Assembly (NCBI GenBank): GCA_043228905.1
Contig: JBHGNT010000012.1
Span: forward strand, 7,254,001-7,318,000
DNA from: Azolla caroliniana
Lineage: Eukaryota > Plantae > Polypodiophyta
Direction: 5' to 3'
DNA length: 64,000 nt
Below the pieces are notes generated by a model that did no database searches, was not told the DNA's origin, and was given only the letters and a program-made list of their open reading frames with translations. The position numbers were made by a program, and so were the translations under genes. Numbering within the stretch: position 1 is the first letter of the stretch; each line of letters starts with the position of its first letter. This document shows positions 39,666 through 52,727 of this stretch, piece by piece.

Positions 39666-40869
39666 TATCTCTTCCAAACAAGGGTTTCTGCTACGATTAC
39701 TTCAACAAGTAACTTTCTGATTCAGATCAGCAAACAGAGAAATACCTTTCTCAGATCTATGCACTTTTGTACTCTTCTTTATGAGCAACTCTGCTCTGAT
39801 ACCATGTTAAGAAAACGTGAAGAAGGCACTCAGGCTCTTCTTATGTGCGCGGCGGATCGTGGTGTGCTAGATCGTTTAGTGCTCAAACACAGAAGGGAAG
39901 GGGGAAGGAGACTTACCTCTGTAGCAGCCAAAACTTCTTCTATTTCATTATGTGCAGAGCTCTACTTGCTCTCGTTTGTTTCTCTCTCTTGCTCTCACTC
40001 TCTCTCTCTCTCAGAGTTCTACTTCCTGTATTTTTTCTTCTCTCTTTTTCTTACTCTCTTACTTTCTACCTAAGTAATAAGTTACTTACGTATGCAGCTA
40101 ATTAGCTGCCTGTAGCTAATTAGCTGTCAGTCGCTAAATAGCTGTCAGTAGCTAATTAGCTGTCAGTCGCTAAATAGTTGTCAGTAGCTAATTAGCTATC
40201 AGTAGCTAATTAGCTGTCAGTAGCTAATTAGCTGTTTCTCCTTTATGTTCACAAGTAGCTAAATAACTACTATAGCTTATTTCCCAATAAGCATCGCATA
40301 CCATGTTGAGCTTGCTTCTCAACAAAGGGCCCATCCAGAGGAGCGGGTTTAGAAGAGCTAACACAGATGGTGTGAGACCTCCAAATTGCACAGGCCAGGA
40401 GAGACAGTGGAGAACAATCACGCAACCACAGGCCTCTGACTGAACAACGATGCATGTGGTGCGACGCGGTTGGCCACAACCGGAGAGATTGCGCGGAATT
40501 TACGGAAGTGCTCGGAAGTAACGTAGTATACTTGTGGAACAGACGGGTGCACGCTAGCGACACCCGGACATCCCTGGAGGTGAATACCGGACGTGGCGGA
40601 ATGAAACGGCTGATGGAGGAAGTTGCAGCGCGCCATGCAAAGGCCGTCCATTATTCACTGTCAGTCGTGATCCGGGTCGGGAGTGACGAAGGCCAAAAGA
40701 CGAAGGACTCCGGATTCTGGCCGCTGGTGCTAAAAGGCCTCTCCGGAGTACGATTGGAGAGGGAGGAAACAAACTGTGCGGAGCAGCGGGTCCGAGAAGT
40801 TACAGGGTGGTTTGACCTAGTCAAGGAGAAGACCAATAAAGGGCCCGCCTTCGTGGAAGCGGCGTGCCA

Positions 40870-43800
40870 GAACTATCGAAAGGATCCAGAACTGGGAAAA
40901 CCAGTAAAGGGCCCGCCTTCGTGATGAAGCACAAGGCTAACTCGATGAAGAAGACTACTTCCAAATCGGAGGAAGTATGGTACGTTGATTCTGGAGCGTC
41001 CAACCACATGACAAGCCATGAAGAGTGGTTCTCTTTTTTGGAAAAACCGGGGATTGTCGAAACCAGAGATGACACCCCTCACCGTATTGTGCATGTCGGA
41101 GAAGTCCCATTAAGCCATGTTGGACAAAAGGGGAAGCTGATGAATGTACTTCACGTTTCGACTATCACAAAGAACCTGGTGTCGGTTGGACAAATCGTCG
41201 ACCAGGGGATGCAAGTGCGGTTTACGCACCTCGGGTGCTTCATCGAGGAAAAAGGCCGGATAATCGCACAAGAGCGTAGGGAAGGGAGGATGTTCATCCT
41301 CAACACAATTGACATTGGCACCGCCTTGTTTGCCAAAGGACAGAAGATTGAATCGGACATAGATCTATGGCACGAGCGGATTGACCACGTCAATTATCGG
41401 AGGCTTCAAGTCCTGCAATCGAAACAAGTCGTTGTCGGTTTGCCGAAATTTGTGATGCCTACCAACTCGAGAAGCAACACCAACTTCCATTCCCCACCGA
41501 AGGAAACCGGAGCCGTAACAAGCTCGACCTAATCCATTTGGATGTGTTGAGAGATCAAGCTCAACTTAGTTTAGTTAGTTAGTCAACCATGTAACTTCGT
41601 AGTTACCTAGATAGAATCTATTTAGAAGTGTTGACTATAACGTCTTAAATAGGACCTTGTACTTAAGTGGGATATTCTAGATCCTCCACTCCTAAGTACA
41701 TTTAATATAGGACTTACACCTTTGTACCTATATTATCCTCACACATGTGAACCCTTGCACATGAGATCTATATATACCTCATTGTACGTATTTTTGTATT
41801 TGATGATGATAAAGCTAATTTAATATAGTTACTCATCCCCCATCTGTGTTGTTCATAACTGTCTCTCTCTCTCTCTCTCTCTTCCTCTCACACACATACA
41901 CACACGTATCACATAATCTTCCGTGCTTAACTTAATCACATAATTAGGTACTAATTAACCCTTAATTACTTACCTAATTCTTAACAAGATGTATGGGAAT
42001 CGACACAGAACGTTAGTCTTGCTGGGAGACGATACTTCGTCTCCTTCATTGATGACTACAGTCGGCACACGTGGATCTACCTCATCGAGAGGAAGAGTGA
42101 AGTCTTCGAGTGTTTCCGGAACCTTCAAAGCTTGGTTGAACGGGAAATGGAGAGGAAGATCAAGTGCATGTGGTCAGATGGCGGGAAAGAATAAAATTCC
42201 GGCCAATTCAACAAATATCTGCAACAGAACGGAATTTGGAGAGAGTTCAACTGCAAATACACACCGGAGCAAAACAGTGTGGCCGAGAGGAAGAACCGGT
42301 CGATTGTCGACACGGCAAGGGCAATGCTAGAGGAGAAGAGCATGCCCCAATTCTACTGGGTTGAGGCGGTTCGAACGACCGTCTACATCCAAAACCGGAT
42401 CAGTGACAAGGTGTCAGCACACGAGCTGTATTTCGAGCGCAAGCCGAATTTGAGACACCTTCAGATATTCGACAACATAGCATATGTGCATGTACCGAAT
42501 GAGAAGCAGAGGAAGCTTGATCCGAAGTCGGAGAAGTGCATCTTGGTTGGTTACTCGCATGAGCAGAAGGGGTATACTTGCTATAACCCCTGAACGAAGC
42601 ATGTCCGAGTAAGCCGAGATGTCGAGTTCGACGAGACAGCATTGTGGTACTCCTTACCGACTTCGACCCAATCCCAGAGGATGAGGCCAGTGAGCTTAAA
42701 CCGGTCCAGATAGAAGATGACGAGCTTGAGACTCTAGAAGAGAGTCTAGGATCGTTTTGATTGAGCGGACCGAACGTACGACTGGGTCAAAGTGACTCGT
42801 TGGATGAGAAACTGACGAGTAGTGGAGACTCTGTCATGCTCTCCCCGCATAAGGAAGCAAGGAGACGGTTCACGCGCAAAGAGAAAGGGAAGCAGAAAAT
42901 GTCAGAATACGAAGCCGGCAACGTTGAGTTAGATCAGAGCGAATCCGACTCCGGAAAGGATGATCTTCGAGAACGAAGTCCGAACCGGCCAAGAAGGGTC
43001 CCAAACCGGGTGATGACAAGTTATGCCGGTCTTCCCGCCAGAAGAACCTTGTTACGCGGTACGGGTACAATGGGTACATGCGCATCACTATGCACACATG
43101 ATTAAAAGTGGCAAAAGTGCATGAGCCAGAGAGCTATGTAGAAGCAGCAAAGGACGCAAATTGGTGTGCCGCTATGGAGGAAGAAATGTGGGCACTCAAT
43201 GCCAACGACACATGGGACCTCGTTGACCCTACCTGACATTGTAAACCGATCGGTTGCAAGTGGGTGTACAAGGTAAAGTACAATGCCGACAGTTCGGTTA
43301 ACTGGTACAAGGCCCGGTTAGTGGCGAAGGGATACGCACAGACCCACGGAATCGACCTCGACAAGACATTCACTCTGGTAGCGAAGATGACGATGGTTCG
43401 TGTGGTACTAGCGGTTGTTGCGGCAAGGGGGTGGCATCTTCACCAGATGGATGTGAAGAATGCGTTTCTTCAAGGTGACCTTGAAGAATGGGTCTATATG
43501 ATCCAACCTCTCGTTTTTCAATTGGAGATGAACAAGTCGGTGGTGTGCCGGCTTAAGAAGTCGCTTTACGGTCTGAAACAAGTCCCCTGAGCTTGGAATG
43601 CGAAGATCACGCACCGGTTAGGAAAGATGGGGTTTGTGACCTCTAAATCCGACTCATCATTGTTCATCCGGCAAGGTCTAGACGGTCCGGTTTGCATCTT
43701 ACTTTATGTAAATGATTTAGTCATCACCGGACTTGAACTCAATGAAATCTGTCGTGTCAAGGCCCAGTTGTCGAACGCATTTGAGATGAAGGACTTGGGG

Positions 43801-45646
43801 GACCTTCATTATTTCCTTGGGATCGAGGTGATCCGAACCCCCGACGGCATATTGCTCTCACAACGACACTATGTGTTGAATATGTTGTACAAGTTCGGCA
43901 TGACGGAATGTTGACCTGTCTCCACACCCCTGGACCGGAACCAGAAGCTTCGTCCCAACTCCAGACCAGCATGTGATGAGAAACTGTTCTGACAAATAGT
44001 CGGAAGCCTGATATACTTGATAATCACCAGACCCGACATCAGTTATCCGGTCGGTGTGATCAACCAATTCATACAGAAGCTAACTGTGGAGCACCTTCAG
44101 TGCACGCATCGAATATTGTGGTATGTGAGCGGCATGAAGGACCGGGGACTATTATATCGGCATTGTATAATTGAAGATCTAGTCTGATACACAAACGCCC
44201 ATTGGGCTGGTGATGCATCAGATCGCTAATCCACCTCCGGTTACATGTTTTCCCTAGGTAGCGCGATTGTTGCGTGGAGCAGCAAAAAGAAGCCAACAGT
44301 GGCTCTGTCGAGCACTGAGGCTGAGTACCGGGGTGCTACCAATGCCACATGTGAAGCCATCTGGCTGCGAAATCTCCGGATCGAGGTGCCGACCCCGATC
44401 CTAATCTACTGCGACAACATAAGCAACATACAGCTCGCCAAGAACCCCATATTCCATGCTCGAACAAAGCACATAGAAGTGCATTATCACTTCGTGCGTA
44501 GGCGAGTCCTAAGTAGTGAAGTCAAACTTCGGTATGTTCAGACAATCGATAGGTTGCCGACATCTTCACCAAACCGCTCGAATCGGACAAGTTGCAACAC
44601 TTCACCGAAATGCTTGGTGTTCAGCATCACGACGTGCCACAGTTGAGGGGGAGAACAGGCAAAGGCAAAGAAACTGGTGCCATAACGGGCAAAGGTAAAG
44701 AAACTGATGACGACACCGGACAAGGAACGGGAAAGGGACCAACAAAGGGGGAGACAAGAGGAAAAAAGAAGTTGAGTTGATGAAGGAAGTCGGCACATCC
44801 GAACAAGTTGGAGCAAGCGGCAACGGCGGTAGAGTCAAGAAGGACAGCGCCGACCGGAAGAAGGCCAAGACTCGGACGTGGTCCGAGGTGGTGAAGAACC
44901 TAAAAACGAAAGACGAGCTGGAGACTACCAACTCAGACAAGAGCTGGAACGAATCGGAGGAAGCCGATTCGGAGAAGCTGGATCAACTAAAGGCCAACCA
45001 GACAAGAAGGTAGCGGAAGTCGACGCCAACAAGAAGGAATCGACGGGTTGACAAGCGTCGGAGTCGTAGCAGCGAGGGAGCTGAAATGGGCCTATTGAGC
45101 AAACAAGCTGACCGAGGAGGTTGAGGTGCGCAGAACCAAAAGGGTCGCGACAAACAGGACCGGACCAGACGAGGAGCGCAAGCAAGGCGGAGCGATGCCA
45201 GAAGGAGCTGGGTAAAAGAACCGGCTACCACAGACACTAACACCACGATCCAACCTCAAGTTGAGCTTGAGGGGGAGTGTTGAGCGAGCAACCTCAACCG
45301 GATCAGAGATCCGGATTCGAGTGCGAACCGGAAGCCTAGTAGTAGCCTAGACTACTAGGTAATGATTGTCTTGTAGTTAGTGTCAGTCGCTCGTATGAGC
45401 ATTGAAGTACATAATACTTCTGTCAGTCCTTTTGAGGACTTCTATAAATAATGTTGTTTAGTACGTTGTATGTACAGAGTTACAAAGTGTTTTTATTATT
45501 TGAATCTACATTTACGTTCTGCTCTCTCTGTCTCTCCTGCGTATACTCTTTGTGTATTAAGCTTCTCCATTAAACCTTCATCTTATTCTATGTTGCTATC
45601 CGGTTGAGCTGAGCCTGCCTAACGCTTCTGCACGTTAACATTCACA
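40870..45646 (+). mobile_element. 5'-truncated degenerate Ty1/copia (protease, integrase, RT, RNase H, long 3' region, PPT, 3' LTR)
   Basis: WYVDSGASNHMT, integrase IHLDVW and [18 protein letters not shown] and QMDVKNAFL, RNase H STEAEYR and KHIEVHYHF. PPT GAGGGGGAG at 45269-45277; LTR 45278-45646. Same family as the element at 3221-4947. Confidence 0.92.
41545..41986 (+). mobile_element. Solo LTR (442 bp) inserted in the integrase of the copia
   Basis: TGTTGA...TTAACA with flanks GGATG and AGATG (4/5 match). Removal restores IHLDVW. Confidence 0.85.
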
Positions 45647-48600
45647 AGGAGAAAGACGGTACCCTGATAGGCAAGGGTACCATAACAATCAACGCAACCC
45701 AAATCACCAAAGGGGAAATTTCAAACGAAACGAGCATCGGGAGACAGACCGAGAGTACCGTGAGGGCCCGGATCCGATTCAGACTGCCCCGTAGAAAGAG
45801 CACTGAAGCTCGGAGGAGGCCAACTGGATGACTTCCGGTATTCCACTCACTAGTGACGTAAAGGGGGAATCAAGCGGGGGGGCGCAAAATATACTGGTAT
45901 TATTGTCGCAAAGAAGGGCACTACAACAGTTAGTGCCCAGTGAAGAGCAAAGAGAAACAACCGGTAATGAACATGGTCACCATTGAGGTCATGGACGTCC
46001 AACAAGTCACCATGCGGTTGAAGGGAAAGGCCGCCGAATGGGAAACGCAGGAAGCAATCCATAAACATGCCGCAATGTGGATACAACAAGCCAATCAACG
46101 GAACATAGACGAAATGCAGGAACAGGCCAAGTCGCCGAAAGAAACGACCAGTATCGCCAATGACGACCCATTGTGGCAGGCATTACAACAATGCCAAATC
46201 ATGTTGCCACTGGACCGATTGTTGTAGTTGGTTCCCAGGTTCACGGAAAGTTTGAAATCGACATTGTCACCACCCAATCCAACAACAACACCCACATTCC
46301 TCACAAATCCAGGTGAGGGACCGACCGTGGTGGACACTAGCAGTACAGGGGTGATGGTCATAATTAAAGGTAGCGAACTACCTGGTACAGTCATAGATGG
46401 AGGATCCAGATTCAATGTGATGAGTCGACGAACATGTGATACGTTGGGTATCCAGGAATGGGAGTCGGGCCCATTCTGGTTGCGGATGGTGGACACAAGC
46501 TCGGTATGCCCAACCGGACTAATATGAAACCTCGACATCACGATCGGAGGCACGCATTTCGGATCTCGGCAATAGTGTTGCAATTAAATGCATTGAGAGT
46601 ATATCCTTTATTGCTAGGAAGACCTTGGCTAAAGATGGCGCACATAACACAGAACTGGCAAAAGAATGTGATTACTTTTCGACGGGGCAAGACCAAGGTT
46701 TGGGTGCCCACACAAGAACGGGCCCGCACAAGTAAGAAAAAAACGCCATTATACGCCAAAAGCATCAACATGTTGGACAGATTAGCCAACGAGGAGGTCG
46801 ACTAGTATTTGGAAGAAAACACCAAGATAGTACCGCTCTACGAGGTGGAAGTAGCAGAAGCGGTCACATCGTATTTCATGAACTGGGAAGAAGAACTGGA
46901 TGAGCCGGATCTGAAAGCGATCCGAGAACTCCGACAGGCCCAAGAAGCATTAGAAAGAGAGATGGCTGTGTCGCAACGAGTGAAGGCGTCCACACTGGAA
47001 GAGGTGGATCTCGGCACAAGCGAAGCACCCTGACTGGTGAACGTGGCTAAAGAAATGCCATCGGGTGAGAATTCGGTCATGATCAAATTGTTGGAAGAAT
47101 TCAAGGATGTCTTCGCGTGGTCATACGAGGATATGCGGGGACTGGACCCAAAGTTGTACAAGCACCAGATACACCTGAGCAAGGATGCAAAACCGGTAGC
47201 CTAGAGACGCTACCGGATGAATCTGAATTATGCGCTCAAGGTGAAGGAAGATATTGACAAATTTCTTAGAGTAGGGTTCATCTGATTGGTAAAGCAGGCC
47301 ACGTGGCTCAGTTTGATCATCGTAGTGCTCAAGAAAAATGGGAAAATCCAGGTGTGCGTTGATTACCGAAAGTTGAATGCAGCCATGGTCACAGATGCTT
47401 ATCGCTACCGTTTACAGACGAGGTACTTGATGTTGTAGCAGGACACAAGGTGTATAGTTTCTTGAACGGATTCAATGGGTACAACCAGATCCTGATGCAT
47501 CCAGACGACCAGGAGAAGATGACATTTGTCACATAGTGGGGAGTTTTTGTGGCTGTGGTGATGATGTTTGGACTAAAGATTGCGCAAGCAACGTTCCAAC
47601 GCATCATAATGGAGGCCTTCGGCGAATACATACCAACCTTCATGCAAGTATTTCTAGATGACTTTGTCGTATACAACCGGAAGCCATAACATTTGGACCA
47701 TCTACGGATGTGTCTCGAAAAATGCCGGAGTACCCAATTAAGCTTGAATCCGACTAAGTATGTGTTTGGGGTCACTAGTGGAGCATTGCTAGGGCATATC
47801 ATTAGCAAGGAAGGAATCGTGGTGAATCCGAATAAGGTTAAAGCAATCCTACAAGCGCCGGCACCGACGAACGCTAAACCCCCAAGCCGTTTTCTTTGCC
47901 AAATCCGGTGGCGTAGCCGAATGCTCTGGTATTTAGCAGATTTTGCTACCCCGTTGCACGCAACAGTATGTAGACTACCATTCCAGTGGATGGAACAAGA
48001 AGATAAAGCTTATCAGGTGCTCAAAGTAATGCTATCACAAGCTCCGGTGGTGCAACCACTTGATTGGTCCAACAATTTCATGTATTTGTGGATGCTTCGG
48101 AGGTCGCTATCGGAAGCGTATTGATGCAACTGACAGAGCCGAAGTGGTACCGGTCGGTATACTATGTCAACCAAAAGCTCTCCAAGGGGTCGAACGGAAT
48201 TATTCTATGACAGAACAACATGCCTTAGGGATGGTGTATAGTGTAACAAAGTACCGACACTATCTACTAGGGTGGAAGTTCTCTTTCCATGTTGATCACT
48301 CCCCATTGGTATATCTTGTGTCGAAAGCATTGCTCACTGGAAAGTTAGCCAGATGGACCTTGCTATTACAGGAATTTGAATTTGATATCTACCATCAACT
48401 TGGAGTGCAACATGCCATGGTGGACTATTTAAGCCGGTTGGAATTCGGTGAGTCTAGTGATGGCGTTCGCGACAAATTTCCGGATGCGCAGTTATTCAAA
48501 ATTACTACGGAGACAGTAGTGGACGAATCGGTAGCGGTCGAGGATAAGGGGATGACGGATATGCATCAATTCTTGAGTACCAGACTACCATCGAAGGAGC

Positions 48601-48784
48601 TAAGTCGGGATGAGCAGAAACGTCTAACAGTACAGAGCCAACATTTCTGTCTTTTGCAAGATACTTTGTACCATAAGGGAGCAGACAGAGTGCGGTCCAG
48701 AGTGACGAAAAGGAGGCAATACTATGCTAGGCACACTATGGAGTCGCAAGAGGACACTATGCCGGAGCGCCCGGAGGGTGAATA
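45647..48784 (+). mobile_element. Degenerate Ty3/gypsy gag-pol fragment (zinc knuckle, protease, RT, RNase H, start of integrase)
   Basis: Knuckle-like YCRKEGHY at ~45900; protease VIDGGS; RT VCVDYRKLN and VFLDDF; RNase H NYSMTE, KYRHYLLG and RWTLLLQEF. The PR-RT-RH-IN order is gypsy. Confidence 0.9.
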
Positions 48785-50301
48785 TGATTCGTGAGAAGGA
48801 TCGACTAGAAATACACAACTATGCAGAAAACAAAAAACATGAATTGCACAGTACAAGGGATAAAACAGGATAGGAAAACCAAGCTTCGTCGGTGTTATTC
48901 ACCCTGACTAGGATGTCAACCTAGTTGTTATCTCAACCGCGCTGGATGCAACGGATAGGGAGAGGGAAGGGTACACGCACACCCTCGCACGCACACACAG
49001 ATTCTGGTAGGAAGAAAGAGAACAATCACACCGATATGTACATGAATAAGAACGATTATATGTATGTAAATAAACGGTTGGTTACATCCACAACTTCAAC
49101 CTAGAGAATACCAAAGTGGGGTACTACGACCCAACGGGCAAGGCACCAGTCGGGGAGCTCTCAGACTCCCAATCGTGAGTGGAGGCATTGCAGTCAGAGT
49201 AGGAAAATAGAAACCCTAACGTTGTTCCAAAAGAAAAAATACCCGAAACCGGAGAGCCCCTTTAGAAGAGCCCCTCCTCTCCTTTTATAGCCCAAGGGAG
49301 GGACATTACAATGGAGGCCAAATATTCCCCTCTCTTTCAGAGGAGGATATTGCCTCAATTTTAGGGGAGTGGTGCATTAATTCCCCCATAAATCTCTCAC
49401 ACTCACCCCACTACCTACTTTACGTGTGATGTACACTAAAGTACACATCACATCTACCTCTCACTAACCCTTTTGGTGCACTTTAGCACCTTATTCTCCC
49501 TTTCTCTCTCATGGGTCAATTTTGGCCTTAAAAGACGTTAATATATCTTTCTTTTATTTCTTTCTCTTTATACAATTTTGTGTATGTGTATGTGCAAGTC
49601 ATTGCACATCCTCGTTCATGCCCGTTTCACTCTGATTTTCCCATCGTTGCCAAAAATCTTCACGATAGCGTTCAACTAGGTGAATCGTCAACTAGTCGAG
49701 GTTGGAAAGGTCGATGAGGCCTTTGGTCGACAAGTCCTTTCGTTGAGACGAAGGTCGACTAAGCTTTGTTCGCAAAGGGGCATTCGAGTAATGCTAACTT
49801 TAGCTAGGGGCTTACTTCGACAATTGCGAATTCTTGACCTTTTAGGGCTTTTCGGCTCCGCTTGAGTAGAATATGCACGCGCATCTTCGCAATAGAGTGA
49901 GGCCAAAGACAACAACCTTTGTGGCGTCCGTGATAGGTTCAGCTTGGTGGTGTGGTCTTTGATTTGAAAAAATCTGTCTAGTTCGAATTTGCCATAATTC
50001 TCTAGTCGAACTTTTGTTAGTCAAATGCTCACTTGTTGAGTGAATGCTCTTTAGTTGTGTGTTCTCTTGTCGAGTGCACGTGCACACGCTTTAGTCGTGT
50101 GTTCGCTTGTTGAATGAACATGCTTTAGTCGTGTGTTCGCTTGTCGAGCGCTCTTTGGTCGAGTGTTCTTAGTCGAATGCACTTCTGTCAAGTGTTTGCT
50201 TGTCGAATGTTCTCTTGATGAGTGTTTGCTTGTCGAACACTCTTTTGTGACAATTATTGCTTTGAAACTTTTGGCGCCAAACTCAAGATTTTGCGCCAAC
50301 A
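48785..50301 (-). mobile_element. Probable LTR-derived segment with degenerate tandem repeats
   Basis: Starts TG where the gypsy integrase breaks off. Minus-strand TATAAAA near 49283-49289. Degenerate ~19/37-bp GTCGA-containing repeats at ~49990-50250. No TSD found and the right boundary is uncertain. Confidence 0.45.
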
Positions 50302-50937
50302 ACTAGGTTTGATGTCTGAGCCATCTTGAATGTCATTCAACGCCAATCGCGTTGATCTTACCTTTATCTAGAAATAGTTAACACTTGGCAAAAAATTTAG
50401 TGAAATTTTTTGGACGACCAACGTGCTAATGTTCAAGCAATTAGGGGAAAAAATCAAGCAAAAAATGTAAAAACAAAATATTAAGTGAACAAAAATTTAG
50501 TCTAAGTAAAAATGGTATGCTTCAGTTTCTTAATGTTGCCCTCACTTAAGTGGCTTGCCTCTCGAGCTTATGTCTCATCGATAGCTTCAAGCATCGGTCT
50601 TATCCTTGGCAGCAACGCCAAATAGATGTGTCGTTTCCGTGTCATATGGAAGCACCTCTATAGATCGATGGAGTTTTATCTCCCGTTGATGTCATTCGCC
50701 TAGGATTCGGACTAACGTATACCCTCTTGTTGGCGAACCAGCGGAGGTAGCTGTCAAGTACCTTCAAGCTACTAGCTAACTTAATCATATTCTAGAAATT
50801 TGTGCCTCTATTCTAAAAATATGTGAGAAATGTAGACTCATTTGCAAACTTTACTCTCTTGTACAGTTAAACAAAGGAATTAAAATGAAGACAATATTTT
50901 ATTATCACCACTCTTAGTACAAAGAGGTCTAGCACCA

Positions 50938-50940
<3 letters not shown>

Positions 50941-50987
<47 letters not shown>
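50941..50987. repeat. (GA)n microsatellite
   Basis: About 23 AG units. Confidence 0.9.
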
Positions 50988-50990
<3 letters not shown>

Positions 50991-51304
50991 GTGCTTGGTT
51001 TACTAATCATTATTGCTAATCTCTCTTAACTCTTAATTACATTTTGGGAGATAGAAAAGGAGGCTTAAAGCTTTAATCACTAGGAGAAACTCTTAAGATT
51101 TATTTAGAAGCCTAAAAGACATTATAGAGTGGTTTTTATAGCTTTTACAATATGATTATGGTCATTTCACACTAGGTTGCCCATTGGCTTGCATTCCCTT
51201 CTGCTTGGATTGTTCTATCTACCTTTTTGTAAGTTGGTTGCTTGGTGTTCCTTGTTGGTGCCCATATCTTCATGACTAGTGTGCTAAGTGCCATCTACCC
51301 AACA

Positions 51305-52035
51305 ATATCATGGAAATCCAAAAAGCAAAACTTCGTAGCCCTATCATCTAGAGAAGTTGAATTCGTAGTTGCTGCATCAGCCGCTCGAGAAGGAGTTTGG
51401 CTACAAAGACTACTCATGGAATTTAAGCTTGATGATTATCTACTTCATCACAATTTACGATCTCAACACCCTCAAATTTTAAAGTACGAGTTGACAATAA
51501 ATCATGCATAGCCCTAATCTACACCCCAAAGCATCATGAAAAGACAAAAAATGTTGATTACAAGTATGTACTTCTATATCAAAGAGCTTGTTCAAGAAAT
51601 AGGAGGGAGAAAACAAATGGACCTAAGCTTCACGCAAAGTTCTGATCAATGAGTTGACTTTCTGACCAAAGCTACACCTAAACCTAAGCATAAGCTTTGT
51701 TGTAAAGAAATTGGTCTTGCTCACAGAATGTAATTCATCTTCCTAAAAAGGATGGAGAATGTGAACATTAATTAATTAATTATTAATTAATAAAAGATGC
51801 TACTCTTGGAGTTGCACAATTTGAAAATACACAAACATGACGAGACACCTCTTCATAAAAGGACACAATTGTGATTAGTACAAACATGGCTCAGTGCGAA
51901 GTTTTGGTATAAACACTCATTGTAAGTGTTACGATCATTATTCTGCTTAAGACAATTCAATCATTTCATCATTCCTTGTATGCTCTTATCTCGTGTTCTT
52001 CTATTATCATAGTTCTTGCAAAAATATTTATTACA
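51305..52035 (+). mobile_element. Old copia RNase H fragment with PPT and probable 3' LTR
   Basis: ISWKSKKQNFVALSSREVEFVVAASAAREGVWL; purine run AAAAGGATGGAGAA followed by TGTG at ~51760. Confidence 0.65.
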
Positions 52036-52689
52036 CGCGTTGTAGGTTTCTTTCTTGGGCCTCTAGGGACGACAATAAAACCAATTAACCCCTGCACTTC
52101 CGCTACCTTTATATGTGCAAACGGGATGCCTTTGCATAAAAGATTGATACCTTCTACACATGACGAGGGTTGTTACTAGTTAGATCCAAGAGAATCGAAG
52201 AGCATGGGAATATCCTTCGGAAGATGGCCCTACGAACGGTTTCGTTAATCTGCAAGAAGGACGAGTGAGCGATCCATATAAAAAGAGCACACAAAAGACT
52301 GAGAAGTTCACACACGCAAACACACACACATACACATCTGACCATAAAAATAAAACGAAGGGCACAACCAACAACCAACAACAAACAACAAACAACAAAC
52401 AACAAACAACAAACAACAAACAACAACAAAAAAAAGAGACAAAAAGAGAAAAACAGAAGAAAAGAGAGAAAAGAGAGAAAAAGAAGAAATAATAAAAGTT
52501 GTAATGTAAGGGCAGTTTGAGAGGAGATTAAGGAAAACTGAGGAGGAGGGGCATCACGTAGAATACATATATGGAGGAAAAATGCAGGAGAGAAAAGGGG
52601 AAACGAACGAATCCATATACATACATACATACATACATACATACATACTCTCTGCTTCTCTGTTCTGTTCTGCTCTGATTCTTCTTCTC

Positions 52690-52727
52690 TCAGTCCACAA
52701 GAAAACGATCACCGCCTCCGCCAGCAG
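52690..52727 (+). other. Probable non-coding first exon (5' UTR) of the TFB1 gene
   Basis: CT-rich tract followed by a perfect donor CAG|GTAAGT at 52727/52728, about 1.35 kb upstream of the ATG. The exon start is approximate. Confidence 0.5.

Larger units (their letters stand above)
35965..40324 (-). mobile_element. Young Ty1/copia element with two LTRs and an internal in-frame deletion
   Basis: LTRs 35965-36464 (500 bp) and 39805-40324 (520 bp), both TG...CA, differing by ~4 substitutions and 2 indels by eye. Perfect TSD AAGGG at 35960-35964 and 40325-40329. PBS TGGTATCAGAGC at 39804-39793; PPT TTGAGGGGGAG at 36475-36465. Confidence 0.97.
34733..40860 (+). mobile_element. Degenerate Ty3/gypsy-type element (partial LTR, tRNA-Trp PBS, gag), host of the young copia
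   Basis: LTR remnant ends near 35184; PBS TGGTGAACCCAACGTGAA at 35190-35207. Gag-like ORF 35225-35743 continues after the insertion with the knuckle CMWCDAVGHNRRDC at ~40450. Confidence 0.75.

Noticed and set aside
45647-48784. Treating this gypsy pol as the continuation of the gypsy gag at 35225-40860
   Set aside because: Each has its own zinc knuckle and no TSD links the two sides, so continuity is not supported.
49990-50250. Possible repeat-spacer array
   Set aside because: It is a degenerate head-to-tail minisatellite without unique spacers.
52154-52642. 162-aa hydrophobic ORF
   Set aside because: Produced by low-complexity CAACAAA and A/G runs upstream of TFB1.
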